From: an uncultured Spartobacteria bacterium
Lineage (GTDB): Bacteria > Verrucomicrobiota > Verrucomicrobiia > Chthoniobacterales > UBA6821
Direction: 5' to 3'
Assembly (NCBI GenBank): GCA_903913785.1
Contig: CAIWMF010000021.1
Span: 1 to 38,026, forward strand
DNA length: 38,026 bases
Both the position numbers and the translations under genes were made by a program. Positions 33,941-38,026 of this stretch are shown one piece after another. The notes below the pieces were generated by a model. The model searched no databases. It was not told where the DNA came from and saw nothing but the letters and a program-made list of their open reading frames with translations. Numbering within the stretch: position 1 is the first letter of the stretch; every line of letters begins with the position of its first letter.

Positions 33941-34912
33941 ATGATGAGGCCCTCTTTTTTTTCTATAGGAACTCGAGGAAGTGCCCTCGCACTTGCTCAA
34001 ACAAGATCTGTGGTCCATTTGCTTGAGAGCAAGTATCGTGATCTTAAGATAGAGCAAAAAATTATTTCAACACGTGGGGATGCCCATCCTAAGATAGCTA
34101 TCCATCTACCAACAAGCGAGGCAAGTGGTCTTTTTACCCGTCAGCTCGAGGATGCATTGCTTGCTGGCGAAATCGATATGGCTATTCATAGTCTTAAAGA
34201 TCTTCCCATAAGAATCCCTGAGGGACTCATGCTTGCTGCAATCTTACCTCGTGCTAGTTCAACTGATCTGCTCATTAGCCTCGAGCCTCACAAAATTTCT
34301 ACCTTACCCAGGCAAGCAACTATTGGAACAAGTAGCCCGCGTCGCACAGAAATTCTACGCCATATAAGACCTGATTTCATCTTTCAGGCAATACGAGGCA
34401 ATGTGCCAACACGCTTACGCAAACTTGTTTTTAAGGAGTCTCCAGATCAACTCGATGCTCTTATTCTTGCACAGGCTGGGCTGGAGCGCCTCGGCTATGA
34501 TTTTAGAATCGATGATGGGCGAGGGTTCTTTGACTTTGAGGGGAGGAGACTCTATCTAAGAGAACTTGCCGCCATGCTTCCTGCACCAGGACAAGGTGCC
34601 ATTGCTATTGAGACACGTTGTGAGAACACTCCTGCCTCTGCTGCCCTCTGTGTTCAGGTGCTTCATGATGAGAATACAGCCCTTTGTGTAAGTACAGAGC
34701 GACTCTTGCTCTCGTACTTGGGAGGCGGGTGTCACATGGCCTTAGGTGCGTTGGCAAGGGTTGATAACGTAGTAAAAAAAATTCATCTTCAAGGTGTCTA
34801 TTTTCCTTATGAAGGAGCTATCCCTCGTTTGGGAGAAGCCAGTGGTCATACTCCAGAGGAGGTAGCCCTGCGTGTGGCCACTATGCTCGGAGAAAAATTA
34901 GCCATCTCATAG
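33941..34912 (+). CDS. hemC: Hydroxymethylbilane synthase (porphobilinogen deaminase)
   Basis: IGTRGSALALAQ, HSLKDLP, GTSSPRR, IRGNVPTRL, PAPGQGA and LGGGC. Confidence 0.96.
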   Translation: MMRPSFFSIGTRGSALALAQTRSVVHLLESKYRDLKIEQKIISTRGDAHPKIAIHLPTSEASGLFTRQLEDALLAGEIDMAIHSLKDLPIRIPEGLMLAAILPRASSTDLLISLEPHKISTLPRQATIGTSSPRRTEILRHIRPDFIFQAIRGNVPTRLRKLVFKESPDQLDALILAQAGLERLGYDFRIDDGRGFFDFEGRRLYLRELAAMLPAPGQGAIAIETRCENTPASAALCVQVLHDENTALCVSTERLLLSYLGGGCHMALGALARVDNVVKKIHLQGVYFPYEGAIPRLGEASGHTPEEVALRVATMLGEKLAIS

Positions 34913-34938
34913 TTTTTTCATTTTTATACCCTAACTTT

Positions 34939-36513
34939 ATGAAACAAAATCCCTCTTCTAAAAAAAAACACGGCATCTGTTATCTTGTGGGCGCAGGTCC
35001 TGGTGATCCAGGGCTCTTCACGATTCGAGGTAGAGAATGCCTCTCACGTGCAGAGGTAGTCCTCTATGATTATTTGAGTAATCAAGAATTACTCCGTTAT
35101 GCTCCAGTTGATGCTGAAAAAATTTTCGTTGGCAAGAGTGCTAGAAAACATGCGCTCTCTCAGGAGGAAATCAATGCGTTGTTAGTCAAAAAAACGCAAG
35201 CAGGTCATTGTGTTGTTCGACTTAAGGGAGGCGATCCTTTTCTCTTTGGCCGAGGTGGGGAGGAGGCTCAAGCATTAGCCGAGGCAGATCTTTCATTTGA
35301 AATTATTCCTGGTGTGACCTCTGCTATCGGGGGACTCGCCTATGCTGGTATTCCTGTGACGCATCGTAGTAATAATTCACAACTGACTATTTTTACTGGT
35401 CATGAAGATCCCTCTAAGGAGGTTTCCTCGCTTCATTATAAGTCTCTTGCCATGGCTCCAGGAACAAAAGTGATGCTCATGGGTGTGGAGCGATTAGATG
35501 CTATTACTACCTCCTTAATGGAGGCAGGGATGGAAGCAGCCACCCCGGCGGCTCTTGTACGGTGGGCTACAACAGGGAGGCATGAAACCATTACCGGAAC
35601 AGCTGCAACCATTGCTCGTCTTGCTCAAGAAAAAAATTTTTCAGCTCCTGCTATTGCTGTTTTTGGAGAGGTGGTTTTGCTTCGAAAAAAATTAAATTGG
35701 TTTGAAACGCGTCCTCTTTTTGGACGTCGTATTGTTGTTACTCGAACGCGTGAACAAGCTAGTGAGCTTGTGACAGGCTTGCGTGAGCTTGGCGCTGATG
35801 TGTACGAATTACCAACCATTCGCATCGAAGCCATCGAAAACAAAGAAGAAAAAGCAGCCTTCCTTGAGGTCGTCAACTATGCCCATGCGTACGATTGGAT
35901 TGTCTTCACAAGCCCGAATGGCGTGAGCGCTTTTTTTGAAGAATTTTATCACCATCATCACGATGCTCGCGCCTTAGGAGCCGCACGCATTGCTGCTATT
36001 GGCCCAGGAACAGAGAAAAAAATTCGTGAATATCGTTTTTCTGTAGATCTAGTGCCTCCAACATTTGTCGCAGAATCGTTGCTTGAAGAGCTCAAGAAGG
36101 TAGGTGTAGAAAACCTTCGTATTCTTTTGCCTCGAGCTAGTGGAGCTCGAGAATTTTTAGCCACAGCCCTTGAAGACCTGGGGGCAATTGTTGATGATGT
36201 GCCGGTTTACCATACTCGTCGAGAACTCGATGATAAAGAAGGAGGGATTCAACGTTTTTTGCAAGAGGGAGCTGATATGATTACCTTTGCAAGCGGATCG
36301 AGTGTGGAATATTTTGACGCATTGTTAAAAAATCTGGGAAGAAGATTGCCCGATTATTGTCACACCGCAAGTATTGGTCCCATTACCTCAAGCAAAATGA
36401 GGGAACTGGGCGTTCCTATTAGTATTGAGGCAAAAAAACACCATATTCCAGGGCTTGTGGAGGCAGTAGTTAGATTTTTTGATAAGGATCAGCCATCAAG
36501 TTTTCTCGCATGA
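34939..36513 (+). CDS. cobA: Fused uroporphyrinogen-III C-methyltransferase / uroporphyrinogen-III synthase
   Basis: LVGAGPGDPGL, RLKGGDPFLFGRGGEE and GIPVTHR, followed by the HemD domain (VVTRTREQA, FTSPNGV, FASGSSV, SIGPITS). Confidence 0.95.
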   Translation: MKQNPSSKKKHGICYLVGAGPGDPGLFTIRGRECLSRAEVVLYDYLSNQELLRYAPVDAEKIFVGKSARKHALSQEEINALLVKKTQAGHCVVRLKGGDPFLFGRGGEEAQALAEADLSFEIIPGVTSAIGGLAYAGIPVTHRSNNSQLTIFTGHEDPSKEVSSLHYKSLAMAPGTKVMLMGVERLDAITTSLMEAGMEAATPAALVRWATTGRHETITGTAATIARLAQEKNFSAPAIAVFGEVVLLRKKLNWFETRPLFGRRIVVTRTREQASELVTGLRELGADVYELPTIRIEAIENKEEKAAFLEVVNYAHAYDWIVFTSPNGVSAFFEEFYHHHHDARALGAARIAAIGPGTEKKIREYRFSVDLVPPTFVAESLLEELKKVGVENLRILLPRASGAREFLATALEDLGAIVDDVPVYHTRRELDDKEGGIQRFLQEGADMITFASGSSVEYFDALLKNLGRRLPDYCHTASIGPITSSKMRELGVPISIEAKKHHIPGLVEAVVRFFDKDQPSSFLA

Positions 36514-37751
36514 AGTTCTTAATGCGGATTCCGTATTGGAGATATTTTTTCTTACGAGGGTTTTGTTTGTTTCTCGTAACGACTGTATCATTATTCGGGT
36601 CTTCGAGTCACCCTTGGCATCTCGTGCAACGCAAAGCACTAGCCCGGATATTTCATGCCGATCTACTGCGGAGGTCGGGAAGCCAGATGGATGCTTCGCT
36701 CAACTCACATTGTGACTTCGGCAGTATGGACACATATAGCCCGGCGTCAAAATGTGAGTCTGTGTTGACTTGCTTGGCGAAGCTCGTCTCGCCCTTACGG
36801 GCTGCCCCTAACCTAAAACGGTTACGGCAGTCTACCCCAGGCTCTCCCGAGCACTGGTGTTGCCCGAGGAGCCATTCGAAGCTAACGCAGTATCCATCAG
36901 GTGTTCGCAAGCCGCAGCAGAATCGGTATGAAATATGCGGGCTAGAGCCTATAAGCTCTGGAAAATCTCCCCCGCGGTCTCTTGGACCGCCGGTGGTGCC
37001 CCGTCAAGCTTCACGCCCTCCTTGTCAGAATCAGGATGAAATATCCGAGTTACGTACAATAGAGCCCTCGGGTATTTTAGTATCATTTTCTTTTGAGACT
37101 CCCACGAGTGAACAGGCCGAGGTCCAAGCTTTGATTTTTGAGGAAAAAGATTTTTCGCTCCTTGTTGTCGATCAGCCATTGCAGGATCAATCTCTTTTAG
37201 AAATGATGCAGAAGACCTCCTGTGTTGCTGGAATCAATGGAGGCTATTTTCAGCCTGATGGGACACCGCTTGGACTGCTAGTACACTATGGGAAGATGAT
37301 TCATCCCCAACAACGAGGAAGTATCTTGAGTGGATTTTTTGTGAGTTCTCCCGAGAAAATGACTATTCTGCGCCTTGGTGAAGAGATTCCTGCAAGTGCC
37401 AGAGAGGTCCTTCAAGCAGGACCCTTCTTGCTTGACCATGCACGTCCTGTGATAGGACTCGAATCGACTAAAAAAGCCTGCCGCAGCTTTCTTGCAACGA
37501 GTGATCAAGGAATGTGGGTGATGGGTATTATTTCCCCTGTGACCCTTGATCAGGCTTCTCATATTCTTGATGCACTTTCAGGTGTGCTCTCCGAGGAAAA
37601 AAAGGAAAAAAAACTAACACGTGCCTTAAACCTCGATGGGGGCTCTTCTTCTTCATTCTGGGCTAAGACAACACTTGTCCCCTTTTCGTTTCGCAGCGAT
37701 GTCTGCGTCAGGAATTATTTAGGGGTCAAAGAAAAAAAATCATCACAATGA
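36510..37751 (+). CDS. Phosphodiester glycosidase (NAGPA) family protein with large element-derived insertion
   Basis: GINGGYF, PLGLLV..G, LQAGPFL and ALNLDGGSSS; N-terminal signal or TM segment. Confidence 0.85.
   Translation: MKFLMRIPYWRYFFLRGFCLFLVTTVSLFGSSSHPWHLVQRKALARIFHADLLRRSGSQMDASLNSHCDFGSMDTYSPASKCESVLTCLAKLVSPLRAAPNLKRLRQSTPGSPEHWCCPRSHSKLTQYPSGVRKPQQNRYEICGLEPISSGKSPPRSLGPPVVPRQASRPPCQNQDEISELRTIEPSGILVSFSFETPTSEQAEVQALIFEEKDFSLLVVDQPLQDQSLLEMMQKTSCVAGINGGYFQPDGTPLGLLVHYGKMIHPQQRGSILSGFFVSSPEKMTILRLGEEIPASAREVLQAGPFLLDHARPVIGLESTKKACRSFLATSDQGMWVMGIISPVTLDQASHILDALSGVLSEEKKEKKLTRALNLDGGSSSSFWAKTTLVPFSFRSDVCVRNYLGVKEKKSSQ
36640..36944. mobile_element. Chimeric palindromic element (305 bp, net 303) in frame within the NAGPA-family gene
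   Basis: TAGCCCGGATATTTCATGCCGAT...ATCGGTATGAAATATGCGGGCTA; encodes LARIFHADLLRR...NRYEICGL. Confidence 0.95.
36993..37052. mobile_element. Right-hand remnant of an older element, also translated in frame (...RPPCQNQDEISEL)
   Basis: GCCCCGTCAAGCTTCACGCCCTCCTTGTCAGAATCAGGATGAAATATCCGAGTTA aligns to the right arm of the 13769 copy. The left boundary is unclear. Confidence 0.75.
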
Positions 37752-37826
37752 TGCGATCTCCATTTGCACTAGCACCAGACTGGAGATAGCCTTATAGGGC
37801 AAAAAAATAAAACTCTTTTTTTTGAT

Positions 37827-37856
37827 TTGACCCATCTTGGCGTGATGAAATAAGCT
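37827..37856 (+). promoter_or_regulatory. Putative sigma70 promoter of the right Rpn gene
   Basis: TTGACC-18 nt-TAAGCT, 11 nt before the ATG, with A/T tracts upstream. Confidence 0.45.
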
Positions 37857-37867
37857 CCCCCAGTCCT

Positions 37868-38026
37868 ATGCAACCCGAAGAACCGCAAGTCAAAAAGCTC
37901 ATTCAGTTTGACTGGGCGATCAAGACACTCCTGCGTCGCAAGGCAAACTTTCCGATACTAGAAGGCTTCCTCTCCGAGCTACTGCATACCGATGTGGTCA
38001 TTGAATCTTTGCTGGAGAGCGAATCC
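37868..38026 (+). CDS. Rpn family recombination-promoting nuclease/putative transposase (PD-(D/E)XK), 5' part, truncated by window edge
   Basis: MQPEEPQVKKLIQFDWAIKTLLRRKANFPILEGFLSELLHTDVVIESLLESES. Confidence 0.88.
   Translation, partial: MQPEEPQVKKLIQFDWAIKTLLRRKANFPILEGFLSELLHTDVVIESLLESES

Noticed and set aside
11864-37052. Palindromic repeats as a CRISPR array
   Set aside because: Copies are dispersed, come as inverted pairs with homologous interiors, are not regularly spaced, and there are no cas genes.
1-38026. Composite transposon bounded by the two Rpn copies
   Set aside because: The cargo is core housekeeping genes, no IS terminal repeats are visible on the inner side, and the outer ends are outside the window.

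Overview
A 38-kb bacterial chromosomal segment. Protein style and gene content suggest Verrucomicrobiota (Chthoniobacterales/Spartobacteria-like) and possibly a host-associated lifestyle; this is an inference. It carries housekeeping genes (ctaA, ctaB, rpoA-rplQ, gpmA, fabD, a MidA-type methyltransferase, a ResB-like protein, a TolC-family protein, rpmI, rplT, pheS, pheT, a probable 6S RNA, ccsA-hemA-hemC-cobA/hemD), two GH1 lipoproteins, several effector-like orphans, and near-identical Rpn (PD-(D/E)XK) nuclease genes pointing outward at both ends. The main signal is a family of non-autonomous palindromic elements (MITE or Rickettsia-palindromic-element-like). They have ~23-bp terminal inverted repeats TA(A/G)CCCG(C/G)ATATTTCAY(A/G)CYGAT, a TA target duplication and a structured, modular interior. 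Four copies sit in frame inside intact genes (ResB-like, the essential PheT, a 1704-aa protein, a NAGPA-family protein) and add 60-101 residue peptides of the form L(T/A)RIFH(T/A)D...EIxGL. Other copies supply stop codons, nest inside each other, or are chimeric. Two further palindromic elements with different ends are also present. No cognate transposase is visible in the window.
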